A stretch of DNA of 64,000 bases from Pseudomonadota bacterium (GTDB lineage Bacteria; Pseudomonadota; Alphaproteobacteria; Sphingomonadales; Sphingomonadaceae), in contig JAEZFL010000058.1 of NCBI GenBank assembly GCA_023417515.1, forward strand, positions 2,952 to 66,951, written 5' to 3'. Shown here one piece after another: positions 21,552 to 32,664 of this stretch; within the stretch, counting starts at the first letter, position 1; each line of letters opens with the position of its first letter. Below the pieces are notes generated by a model that saw nothing but the letters and a program-made list of their open reading frames with translations, did not search any database and was not told the DNA's origin. The position numbers and the translations under genes are program-made.

Positions 21552-21935
21552 TTACCAGCGGCCGCGGCGACCGTCTCGGCGCTCGTCGCGGATCCGTTCG
21601 CGCAGATTGCCGATCCGATTCTCGATGTCCCGCACCTCGCCGCGGCTCAGCCCGTTGCGGGCGGCGCGGTTGAGACGCTGGTGCAGATTGGCGGCCTGCT
21701 GGCGCAGCGAGCGATACTCGCCGGGCGAGATGGCGCGGCGCTGGGCCGAACGCTCGATGCGCTGCTCCAGCTGACTGATCTGCTGGTGGAAACGCTGAAC
21801 GAGGCCGCGATCGCCCGGATAGCCATAATGGCCCCGCTGACTGTAGCCCTGGCCACCATAATAGCCCTGAGCAGCAGCCGGCATAGCGGTGACGGCGGCC
21901 GAAGCGACGGCGACGGAGATGAGAAGCTTACGCAT
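21552..21935 (-). CDS. Secreted Arg-rich helical protein
   Basis: Signal peptide ending AAA-Q; RBS AAGGAGG. Confidence 0.75.
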   Translation of the reverse strand: MRKLLISVAVASAAVTAMPAAAQGYYGGQGYSQRGHYGYPGDRGLVQRFHQQISQLEQRIERSAQRRAISPGEYRSLRQQAANLHQRLNRAARNGLSRGEVRDIENRIGNLRERIRDERRDGRRGRW

Positions 21936-22041
21936 AACAATGCCTCCTTGAAAAACTGCAGGAGGAATTACCGTGCCGGACCTGTTACGACTCTGAATGG
22001 CTCCGACAGTCGCCGTTCATCCTCCCCGGCACGGGGAGGAT

Positions 22042-22878
22042 TTACGAGCGGATTCGCCAGCCGCGCTTGAGGAGCAGGTAGGTCAGCGCGCCGAGCCCGA
22101 CGTTGATCGCCAGCAAGAGCCCGGCGCCGAGCAACACCGGCGAATCCGACGCCCCGACGAAGCCGTAGCGGAAGCCCGAGATGACGTAGAAGAAGGGGTT
22201 GGCGTGGCTGATCGTCCTGAAGGCCGGCGCCAGCGCGTCGATCGAGTAGAAGGTGCCCGACAGCAGCGACAGCGGCGCCACGACGAAATTGGTGACCGCC
22301 GCGGCATGGTCGAACTTCTCCGCCCACATCGACGTCAGCAAGCCGAGCAGGCCGAGCATCACCGAGCCCATCAGCCCGAACCAGATCACCGCCCACAGAT
22401 GCTTCGGCCAGATGTGGACGCCGGGCCACAGCAGCATTGCGGCCCACACCGCCAGTCCGACGAGCAATGCGCGCGTCACCGCCGCCCCGAGCAGCGCCGC
22501 GATCAGCTCCATCGTCGACAAGGGCGGCATCAGATAATCGACGATCGTCCCCTGTATCTTGCCGATCAGAAGGGAGAAGCTCGCATTGGCGAAGCTGTTC
22601 TGGATCATTCCCATGACGATGAGGCCGGGCGCGATGAAATCGGCGAAGGCGACCCCCGTGCCGGCGAGATTCACCTCGCGCCGCGACCCCAGCGCGACCG
22701 TGAAGATGGCGAGGAACAACATGGTGGTGACCGCGGGCGCCCAGATCGTCTGCAGCTGCACCTTGAAGAAACGCCGCACTTCCTTCACATAAAGGGTCTT
22801 GAGGCCGCCCCAATTGACGTTCCGGATGACCGGAACGCCGGGATCGGCCTGCACCCATTTCGAAGTCTCGCTGTCCAT
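22042..22878 (-). CDS. ABC-2 type transporter permease (YadH-like)
   Basis: KEVRRFFKV, FIAPGL, FANASFS, SGTFY, NPFFY; start uncertain. Confidence 0.9.
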   Translation of the reverse strand: MDSETSKWVQADPGVPVIRNVNWGGLKTLYVKEVRRFFKVQLQTIWAPAVTTMLFLAIFTVALGSRREVNLAGTGVAFADFIAPGLIVMGMIQNSFANASFSLLIGKIQGTIVDYLMPPLSTMELIAALLGAAVTRALLVGLAVWAAMLLWPGVHIWPKHLWAVIWFGLMGSVMLGLLGLLTSMWAEKFDHAAAVTNFVVAPLSLLSGTFYSIDALAPAFRTISHANPFFYVISGFRYGFVGASDSPVLLGAGLLLAINVGLGALTYLLLKRGWRIRS

Positions 22879-22940
22879 CGGCGCCGTCGCTAGTCGCTGC
22901 CGGGGACCCAAGCAAGCTTCGTCCCTGGAGACTGTTTTCA

Positions 22941-23642
22941 ATGTCGTGGACCGACGAGCGGATCGATCGCCTGAAGGAAATGTGGAGCCGCGGAATGACC
23001 GCGAGCCAGATCGCCGAGGAGCTCGGCGCGGTGTCGCGCAACGCGGTGATCGGCAAGGCGCACCGCCTCGGCCTGCAGTCGCGGCCGTCGCCGGTGAAGC
23101 CCAACGAGGCGGCGCCCGCCCCGGCCCCTGCCGCCGCACCTGCTGCACCGACCGCCGAGCCCGCCGCCGACTCCGCCGCGGCGCCCGTCGACGTGCTGTC
23201 GGCGACGACGCTGGACGTGCCCGGCGAGCCTCCGTTCGATCTCAAGGACGAGGATGAGGCTGACCAGGCGCCGCCGCCCGCCGCCGCCGCTCCGGCACCG
23301 CGCACGCCGCTGGCCCGCTCGATCGGCCCCGGCGGCTTCGAGCGCCAGATGCCCGGCGAGCAGCAGGCGCCGATCCCGCCGGCGCCGCCGCGCCGACTGG
23401 TGCCGGCTAAGCCGAGCCCCGAGATCGCCGACAAGACCAGCCTGCTCGATCTCAACGAGCGCATCTGCAAATGGCCGATCGGCCATCCCGGTGAGCCCGA
23501 TTTCCATTTCTGTGGGCGTTCGGCCAATCCCGGCTTTCCTTATTGCGTCGAGCATTGCGGAATCGCCTATCAGGCGCAGCTGCCGCGCCGCGACCGCAAG
23601 CCCCCGCCCCCGCTCCCGTTCGGCGGCCCGCGCGCGCGCTGA
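22941..23642 (+). CDS. gcrA: Cell cycle regulator GcrA
   Basis: MSWTDERID..SRNAVIGKAHRLGL; CKWPIG.P..FHFCG..PYCVEH. Confidence 0.95.
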   Translation: MSWTDERIDRLKEMWSRGMTASQIAEELGAVSRNAVIGKAHRLGLQSRPSPVKPNEAAPAPAPAAAPAAPTAEPAADSAAAPVDVLSATTLDVPGEPPFDLKDEDEADQAPPPAAAAPAPRTPLARSIGPGGFERQMPGEQQAPIPPAPPRRLVPAKPSPEIADKTSLLDLNERICKWPIGHPGEPDFHFCGRSANPGFPYCVEHCGIAYQAQLPRRDRKPPPPLPFGGPRAR

Positions 23643-23700
23643 CGGTCGAGCGTCCGGAAAATCGGAAGCATAGGCGGACCGAAACCTGTAAGCGAAGGCG

Positions 23701-24762
23701 ATGACCCGGTGGGATACTTATCGCCAGATCGCCGCTTGGCTGCGCCCTGTAGCCGCCGGGGAAGCGCCGTCGAACCCGATTGATCCGCCAGCGTGGGAGA
23801 AGGTGGTCGCCGCGGCCAGCGATCAGCTCGTCACGCCGGCCCTTTCCTTCACGCTTCAGGACGCGACCTGGGTAGCGAAAGACGTGGCGGACTATTTCGC
23901 CGGCATCCTCGAGCTGAACCGGATTCGCGACCGCGAGATGCGCGCGCATCTGGAGGCGGCGTTGCGCGCGATGAACGGACTCGGCATCAAGCCAGGGTTG
24001 CTGAAGGGCGCCGCTTTCCTGGCCGACGACTGCTATCCCGAACCCGGCATCCGGGTCACGGCGGACCTCGATCTGCTCGTGGCCGAGGACCAGATCCAGG
24101 CCGCCTCGCAGGCGTTGCGGGAGGTGGGGTACGAGCCTCAGGTCGCCACTGGGACGCCGCTCAGCCACCATCACCTTCCGGCGCTTCGCCACGTCGAAAG
24201 CGGGTTGTCGGTCGAGCTGCATCGCAACCCGGTGGAATGGGAGCTTTCCGGCCTCCTCGACGCGGATTCCTGGCGGGCCGCAAGCAGTCCGATCGCAGTG
24301 GCGGAGACGCGGGCGCTGATGGCCAGTCCGACCGACCGTGTCGTCCATTGCATCGCCCATGGCCAGATCAGCGACCGGCATTACCGGCGCGGCTACCCGC
24401 AATTGCGCACCCTCGTCGATCTGTCGGTGTTGTGCGCGCGCTATCGAGCCGAAATCGACTGGGCTGACGTGGAGCGCCGGTTCCAGGCCGCGGACTTCGG
24501 CCATGTCCTTGCCGGCACGATCGGCCAGCTGGAATTCCTGCTCGGACCGCATGTTCCCGCCGGCTTGCGCCGCGGCAGCGAACAGGAAGCGGCACGGATG
24601 CGCCGCTCCATCACGCGCGGCAGGACAGCGCGAAGGTGGCGTGCGGCGTGCTGGATGCTCCACGACGCGGCGATCGCCCTGCGGTCGAATCCGTCGCGGC
24701 TGGCCACGTCGGTCAGGAAGGGCAGATGGCGTCGGCTCCCGCGCTACGACGCGAATTGGTGA
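23701..24762 (+). CDS. Nucleotidyltransferase family protein (NTP_transf_5-like)
   Basis: LLKGAA..YPEPG.R...DLDLLV, VELH motifs. Confidence 0.85.
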   Translation: MTRWDTYRQIAAWLRPVAAGEAPSNPIDPPAWEKVVAAASDQLVTPALSFTLQDATWVAKDVADYFAGILELNRIRDREMRAHLEAALRAMNGLGIKPGLLKGAAFLADDCYPEPGIRVTADLDLLVAEDQIQAASQALREVGYEPQVATGTPLSHHHLPALRHVESGLSVELHRNPVEWELSGLLDADSWRAASSPIAVAETRALMASPTDRVVHCIAHGQISDRHYRRGYPQLRTLVDLSVLCARYRAEIDWADVERRFQAADFGHVLAGTIGQLEFLLGPHVPAGLRRGSEQEAARMRRSITRGRTARRWRAACWMLHDAAIALRSNPSRLATSVRKGRWRRLPRYDANW

Positions 24763-24771
24763 GGACGAGGA

Positions 24772-26289
24772 TCACGGACCATCGAGGGCGTCGAGCAGCG
24801 GCTGCAGCTGGTCCTGGTAGCGGCGCCAAGCGCCCACCGAGCTCCGATATATCGGCCGGCGCACCTGCACGACACTGGCGGTGCGGACGGGCAGCTCGAG
24901 ACCGGGGAAATCCAGGCACGCGCCGTCCCAGGGAAGGCCGGCAAAGGCCAGCAATTCGCGCGACTGCCGCTCGGGCTCGGCGACCAGCTCCTCATAGCGG
25001 ACGATCTTGAGGACATCCGCCGGCAGCACGCCGCGCCAATGCGCCAGCAAATTCCGGTATTGCCGATGGTATCGGCCGAGCTCGCCAAGATCGTAGCCGT
25101 AGGGGATATCCTCGGCGAATAGCGTCCTGAAGATGGAAAGACATTGGTCGCGCGGATCGCGGTCGGACACGATGACGCGCGCATGCGGCAGCAGGATGTG
25201 GATCAGGCCGACGAAAAAGACGTTGCCGAGCAGCTTGTTGATGAAGACCGGCCGGCCGGCGCAGCGCGCTTCGACATAGGCGCGATAATTGCCCGCCACA
25301 TCTTCGAGGGCGGCGCGATCCGCGTTCCTGGCCAGCCCCGGGAATGGACCGCCATCGACCGCCAGCGGCGCGACATGCTCGGCAAAGGAGCGCCGTTCGC
25401 CTTCGTCGAAGGCAAGCGGGTGGCTCGCCAGGATCCGCTCGATCAAGGTGCTCCCGGATCGCGGCATGCCGACGATGAAGAGCGGGCGCGGCCCGTCGCG
25501 CGGGGTTGCGAGCCTCCGTTCCTCGATGAAGTCTCGGCTGAACGTGGCGATGACCTGGTCGAAGAAGCCGAACATGCTTTCCTCGTCATAGTTGGTCATC
25601 GCGCGCTTGAGCCGGGCGCCGGTGGCGAGGTGGGAAAAGGCGCTGCTGTCGTCGCCAACGTCCTCGAACGCCTTGCCGAGCGCGAAATGGAGGGGAGCCG
25701 CCGCCGGATCGCCGGCCCCCATTTCATCGGCGAGGCGCTGCATGGCCCGGAAAAGGTCGTGATCGGGAGTGAAGGTCACGAGCCCGGCAAGGGCGGAATA
25801 GGCATCCGTGGCGCGCGGGTTTTGCCGCAGCAGCGCGAGCAACCGCTGGCGCGCCGCCTCGAAATCGCCGCGCGCCCTCAGGATCCGCGCCTTGAGGAGC
25901 AGCGCCGCCTCGTCCGTGGCAACCAGAGAAAGCGCTCGATCGACGGCCGCCTCCGCCTCTGCGATGCAGTCGGCCTCGTACAGGATTCCGGCAACCGTTC
26001 GAAGGTGACAGGTTTCGACCGGGTCCAGCGCCAGCACCATCCGGCACGCCTCTTCCGCCAAGGCCCAGCTGCCGTAAGCGGCCTGGGCGCGGGCATAGGC
26101 GGCCAGCGCCGGCACATGAAGATGATCGAGGGTCAGCGCCCTTTGCAGCAGCGCAAAGCCCTGTTCGGCATCTCCCGCCGCCAGGAGGGCATTCGCGCTT
26201 TCCACGCAGGCGGCGGCATCGGCGAGGTCGGCGTCGAGCTGGCCTGGCCCGGCCGCGGATCTTTCCGCTCCGGCCGAAAGGCTAGTCAT
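24772..26289 (-). CDS. TPR-containing sulfotransferase
   Basis: N-terminal TPR-like helices; 5'-PSB FIVGMPRSGSTL; 3'-PB RDPRDQCLS; VRTASVVQVRRPIY. Confidence 0.92.
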   Translation of the reverse strand: MTSLSAGAERSAAGPGQLDADLADAAACVESANALLAAGDAEQGFALLQRALTLDHLHVPALAAYARAQAAYGSWALAEEACRMVLALDPVETCHLRTVAGILYEADCIAEAEAAVDRALSLVATDEAALLLKARILRARGDFEAARQRLLALLRQNPRATDAYSALAGLVTFTPDHDLFRAMQRLADEMGAGDPAAAPLHFALGKAFEDVGDDSSAFSHLATGARLKRAMTNYDEESMFGFFDQVIATFSRDFIEERRLATPRDGPRPLFIVGMPRSGSTLIERILASHPLAFDEGERRSFAEHVAPLAVDGGPFPGLARNADRAALEDVAGNYRAYVEARCAGRPVFINKLLGNVFFVGLIHILLPHARVIVSDRDPRDQCLSIFRTLFAEDIPYGYDLGELGRYHRQYRNLLAHWRGVLPADVLKIVRYEELVAEPERQSRELLAFAGLPWDGACLDFPGLELPVRTASVVQVRRPIYRSSVGAWRRYQDQLQPLLDALDGP

Positions 26290-27433
26290 CGAGAAGCCCT
26301 CGAATTGCGTCCTCTGCCTCCTCCAGCCGACCGTAAGTGAGAGCATAAGCGGGGACGGCCTCCAACCAGGCGAGGAAGGCGCGCACCTTTTCATCGGTCA
26401 GCGGGTGCCCGAGCCACATCCCTGCCTCGACCAGCCGCTCCAGGGCCATGAACGGCGACAGCGGCTCGATCCCGGTGCCGGACCCGGCTTCGAAGCGGGG
26501 GAAAACCAGCAGGCTCGATGATATCGGCTCGGCCTGCCACACCTCGCCGGCTGGAACGACCAGCGTCGAACGCCCTTTGCTCGTGGTCAGCCGCCGCCCC
26601 TTCGCGAGGTCGGGATGAAGCGGACTCAATGCCATCCAGCTTCCCTCCTTGACGTTGAGCGGAACCGGCCAGGGAATGATGTGCCCGGAGCGGTCGACCG
26701 GACACATGTCGTCAGCCAGATAGCGAAACCCGCGACCGCCAAGCCAGGCGATCAAGGTCGTCTTGCCGCTTCCGGCGAAGGCCGGAAGGCAGATGCCCGT
26801 TCCGCCTAGCGCCACGGCGCCGCCATGGATCAACGTCAAGAGCGCGCGCTCCGGCCAGAGATGAGCGATGATTGCGGCATGGACGGTATCGCGAAGCCCG
26901 ACCTCTCCCTGGATCTCCGCACGGGGGCGGCCGTCGACTGACACCAGGGACCGGCCGCCGCCCAGCTTCCTCACCTCGATCCTGAGACTTTCCGGCCCGT
27001 CGCCGCATTCCAGGTGAGCGAGCAGCGGCCTCAGGGCGCGGGCGCGCCGGGCCTCCTCGACGTAGAAACCGATCGTCCGGCCGCGGATGCGGCATCGCCA
27101 GCGGGTCGACCAGGTCGGGTCGCCGGCGACCAGCCCGTCCTCGGCGCCTGCGACAAGCGGGGCTTCGGTCCGATGGCCGTCGCGAACGCTCGCGATCGCG
27201 CCGATCTCCCGATCGAGCTGCTCGATATCCAGGCCTTGGCTGGATGACAGCGTTCGGGCCAGCTCGCGCGGAGACCAGCCGGCGTCCAGCGCTTCCCATA
27301 TCTCGCTTGCGGCGCGATTGAGAATGAGCAGCCGCTGGTCGTCGGCTGCAACCAGCGATCCGCCGTCAAAGGGAATTCGAGCAGCGGACACGGCGTCCCG
27401 GCTACCCCAGTTCGACGGCGCTTGCGGCCGCAA
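26282..27433 (-). CDS. PqqD/RRE domain fused to HPr-kinase-like P-loop kinase
   Basis: N-terminal LILNRAASEIWEALD..PRELARTL (PqqD-like); C-terminal IHGGAV..GSGKTT..YLADD. Start may be GTG at 27391. Confidence 0.8.
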   Translation of the reverse strand: MRPQAPSNWGSRDAVSAARIPFDGGSLVAADDQRLLILNRAASEIWEALDAGWSPRELARTLSSSQGLDIEQLDREIGAIASVRDGHRTEAPLVAGAEDGLVAGDPTWSTRWRCRIRGRTIGFYVEEARRARALRPLLAHLECGDGPESLRIEVRKLGGGRSLVSVDGRPRAEIQGEVGLRDTVHAAIIAHLWPERALLTLIHGGAVALGGTGICLPAFAGSGKTTLIAWLGGRGFRYLADDMCPVDRSGHIIPWPVPLNVKEGSWMALSPLHPDLAKGRRLTTSKGRSTLVVPAGEVWQAEPISSSLLVFPRFEAGSGTGIEPLSPFMALERLVEAGMWLGHPLTDEKVRAFLAWLEAVPAYALTYGRLEEAEDAIRGLLDD

Positions 27434-27462
27434 GCCGGCGGCGCAAGCCGACGATTGGGACC

Positions 27463-27648
27463 CTAGAGAGTGGTGCCTGACGATACCGACTGCGCGGAGG
27501 CCTTTCCGTGAAGGAGCATCAGCATAGCCGGCGCCGTATAGGCGCCGAATATGCCGAGACGCTTCAGCGCCGCACGCCGTGCCTCGTCCGCTGTACCCTG
27601 GCCGTCCGCTTCCGGAGTCTCGTTATCGTCGATCGGCATATCGCTCAT
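27463..27648 (-). CDS. Putative RiPP precursor peptide (61 aa)
   Basis: Acidic N-terminus, ARRAALK twin-Arg motif, AYTAPAML, ASA-QSVSSGTTL tail; directly upstream of the RRE-kinase. Confidence 0.7.
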   Translation of the reverse strand: MSDMPIDDNETPEADGQGTADEARRAALKRLGIFGAYTAPAMLMLLHGKASAQSVSSGTTL

Positions 27649-27672
27649 CGGTCGTCTTCATCCCCCGCTCGT

Positions 27673-27702
27673 TTGACACGCTGACGCCTCCTCTCTTAAT
27701 CT
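27673..27702 (+). promoter_or_regulatory. Sigma70-like promoter for the radical SAM gene
   Basis: TTGACA-N18-TAATCT; the -10 overlaps a TAATC-TG-GATTA inverted repeat (27697-27708). Confidence 0.4.
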
Positions 27703-27769
27703 GGATTAGGCGGGGAAACAATGTTGGCGAAGTTAGGCGAGGTTCGGCGCTCTCAAGAGGAGAGCCTGT

Positions 27770-28912
27770 TTGCGGGATAAGGCCTTCCTCGCATTCGTGA
27801 TGAGCCACGCTTGCCCGCTCAAGTGCAATTTCTGCTGCAGCACGCGCGAGGTGGTCGGCGGGGGGCGGATCAGCCGTGCCATGCTGACCGACTGCATGAT
27901 CCGGTTCGCGCCGCACCCGGCGGTGGCGCGCTTCTCCTTCACCGGGGGCGAGCCGTTCCTGTACCTCGACGACATCAAGGCCGGGATCGCTGCCGCGCGC
28001 TCGGCCGGCGCGACGCAGCCGATCCACATCATGACCTCGGCCCACTGGGCCAGGGACAGGGACCAGGTCATGGAGACTCTGGGCGGGCTTCGCGACCTCG
28101 GGCTCGACCTGATCGGTCTCAGCTATGATGACGAACATGCCCGGTGGGTGACGAAGCAGCAGATCGATCTGGTCGGCGAGGCCGCGCTCGATCTCGGCAT
28201 CACCGTGCACCTCATCGGGACCTTCTGGGAACCGGACGGCAGGGTCGAAAGCCTGCTTCCCGATCTGGCCGCGCGGCCCGGCGCCCATAGCTACAATTAC
28301 CCGGTGGCCGAAATGGGCCGGGCGAAGCGAAGCGCATCGTGGCCGCGCCGCTACGCCATCCCCAGGGAGGACAAATATTCGTGCGGGCGGCCGGGAATAT
28401 ACAGCCTCGCCGTCTATCCGGACGGCGAGGTCTATCCGTGCTGCTCGGGCGGGCTGCAGATCGAAGGCAAGCTGTCCTGCGGCAACGTCAACCGGGATGC
28501 GCCGGATCGGATCGTCTACGCGGCGCTGACCAACTTCCACGTCAGGATGGTCAAGGAATTCGGTTGGGGCATTCTCTATGCCCTCGTGGAGCGGGAGGCG
28601 CCGGAGCTCTTGGGCGAGCTTCCGAGCATCGACGAGGCAGATGGAGTCTGCGTCATCTGCCGGGACCTCAACCTTGGGTTCGCCGACAGGCTTGCGCCCA
28701 TCTACACGAAGATCGAGACGGAATATGCACGCGCCCGCGCCGAGCTCGAGTGGCGCGATCGCGAGGCGGCGGACAGGTGGACGGGGCGTCGGCGGGTGGG
28801 TGACGCGATGATGTCGTCTGCCGAATTCCAGGACCTTATCGTCGACGACCGCGACACCCGGCTCGACTATCTGGCCGGGACGCTACAGGTCGGCGGCCCG
28901 CCGGCGGGCTGA
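27770..28912 (+). CDS. Radical SAM protein, YydG/EpeE-like (twitch-type C-terminus)
   Basis: CPLKCNFCC, SFTGGEPFL, LSYDDEHA, DGEVYPCCS, GVCVIC; TTG start. Confidence 0.8.
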   Translation: MRDKAFLAFVMSHACPLKCNFCCSTREVVGGGRISRAMLTDCMIRFAPHPAVARFSFTGGEPFLYLDDIKAGIAAARSAGATQPIHIMTSAHWARDRDQVMETLGGLRDLGLDLIGLSYDDEHARWVTKQQIDLVGEAALDLGITVHLIGTFWEPDGRVESLLPDLAARPGAHSYNYPVAEMGRAKRSASWPRRYAIPREDKYSCGRPGIYSLAVYPDGEVYPCCSGGLQIEGKLSCGNVNRDAPDRIVYAALTNFHVRMVKEFGWGILYALVEREAPELLGELPSIDEADGVCVICRDLNLGFADRLAPIYTKIETEYARARAELEWRDREAADRWTGRRRVGDAMMSSAEFQDLIVDDRDTRLDYLAGTLQVGGPPAG

Positions 28913-28992
28913 CCGGTCCGGTCGAAGCGTCACCACCCCGGACAAAAACCAACAAGCGTCTTTCGGGTAGCCGCGGGCTCCGAACGGCGGAA

Positions 28993-30084
28993 TCAATCCA
29001 CGAACGTACCCGGATGGTGATCCTGCGCTCCGGACCGGACAGGCAGCGGAGAATCCAGGAGGTCGCCAAGGCACATCGGGCTGGCGGACAATGTGGGGTG
29101 CGGCGAATAACCGGCATGCCAGCGTCTGGGCTCGATAATGTCCCGTGCGATGCTCATGCTGAACAGCCGCCGGGGATGGGCCGACCGGTTGTCGGGGCCC
29201 GCATGGAGCAAGTCGCTCAGATAGAGAATGACCGTGCCCTTCCGCGGCGCCGTCCGCACCAGTGAGAACAGGTTGTCCAGGGCCTTGCGGTGGCGGATTA
29301 GCTTCCACAACGTGCTCGGGCCGAGCATATGAAGGCCGAATTGGGAATTCTTTCCCAGCGCAAAGCGCAGCAGGTTCGGCTGATGCTCATCCCACTTGCG
29401 CGAGAACACCCTGTCAAGAAATTCGCCAGGTGCAAGCGGGACCGCTTCGTCGCTCCGCATGCCCCATAGTTTCTTCAGATTATGAAGAAGGATGCGCCAG
29501 TTACATCTTATTCGGAACAGGTCCATCATCTTACGGGCGTCGCCGTCATGCCGGCTTCCGGCACGGCCGCACAGATGGGTGCCCGGAACGAACACCGTCC
29601 CGCCCTGCTGCTCGGAGACATCGTCCACCGCGGCAAAAAGGCTGATCACGCCGCTCGGGTCGCGGTGAATATATTGGTGCGATGAGCCGAGATAGCTGGT
29701 CAGGGTGGTGATCTCGAGAAGCTGATGCGACCGCCCGCAATATTCGGAGAGTATGCCCTCCAGTCGCTGGCACAATGTGGCGGCGAAGCTGGTCACAAGC
29801 GGGGTCGACGGAAGGGAGCAGAAGTCGCGGCGCAGATAACGGTTGTCCGTTTCGCTGGCGAAGGCGCACCGGCTGCGATCCGGATCGTCGATGGTTCGAC
29901 CGATCAGCTCCGCGCCGACATCCGCCTGCTCGTCCGACAGGAGGCCGGTCAAGATGACCAGGCCGTAAGTGTCCATGGTCGCCAGGGCTTGTCGGACGCA
30001 ATCGACCCCAAGCTTGCCTTCTTCGTCCAGGACGGCGCGCACTTCGAACGCGGACGTATCGTTGGAAATCTCAAGCCCATCCAT
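28993..30084 (-). CDS. Fe(II)/2-oxoglutarate dioxygenase, PhyH family
   Basis: YGLVIL, HQYIHRD (HxD), GGTVFVPGTH, LLHAGPDNRS..PRR; start taken at MDGLEI. Confidence 0.8.
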   Translation of the reverse strand: MDGLEISNDTSAFEVRAVLDEEGKLGVDCVRQALATMDTYGLVILTGLLSDEQADVGAELIGRTIDDPDRSRCAFASETDNRYLRRDFCSLPSTPLVTSFAATLCQRLEGILSEYCGRSHQLLEITTLTSYLGSSHQYIHRDPSGVISLFAAVDDVSEQQGGTVFVPGTHLCGRAGSRHDGDARKMMDLFRIRCNWRILLHNLKKLWGMRSDEAVPLAPGEFLDRVFSRKWDEHQPNLLRFALGKNSQFGLHMLGPSTLWKLIRHRKALDNLFSLVRTAPRKGTVILYLSDLLHAGPDNRSAHPRRLFSMSIARDIIEPRRWHAGYSPHPTLSASPMCLGDLLDSPLPVRSGAQDHHPGTFVD

Positions 30085-30267
30085 GCGAACCCGCCCGATA
30101 ATGTCCCCGCCTTCCCCGAATGGCCTGCCGTCTGCCGTCACATCGATGCGAGGCGGTGCTGGAGGCGTGCCGCCCCGTTGATTGGCCCAGAAGATTCTAC
30201 ATCGCGTTAACTGGACGATCGCCAGGAGGACATTGTCCGACCGATCGCCGAGCGGCCCTTCCCTTCT

Positions 30268-32664
<2,397 letters not shown>

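Noticed and set aside
23701..27648. Lasso peptide cluster
   Set aside because: No asparagine-synthetase-like cyclase or transglutaminase-like peptidase is in the window, and the predicted core has no Asp/Glu for ring closure.
26282..28912. PQQ biosynthesis (pqqA/D/E)
   Set aside because: The peptide lacks the PqqA ExxxY core, pqqB and pqqC are absent, and the rSAM motifs fit YydG-like enzymes better.
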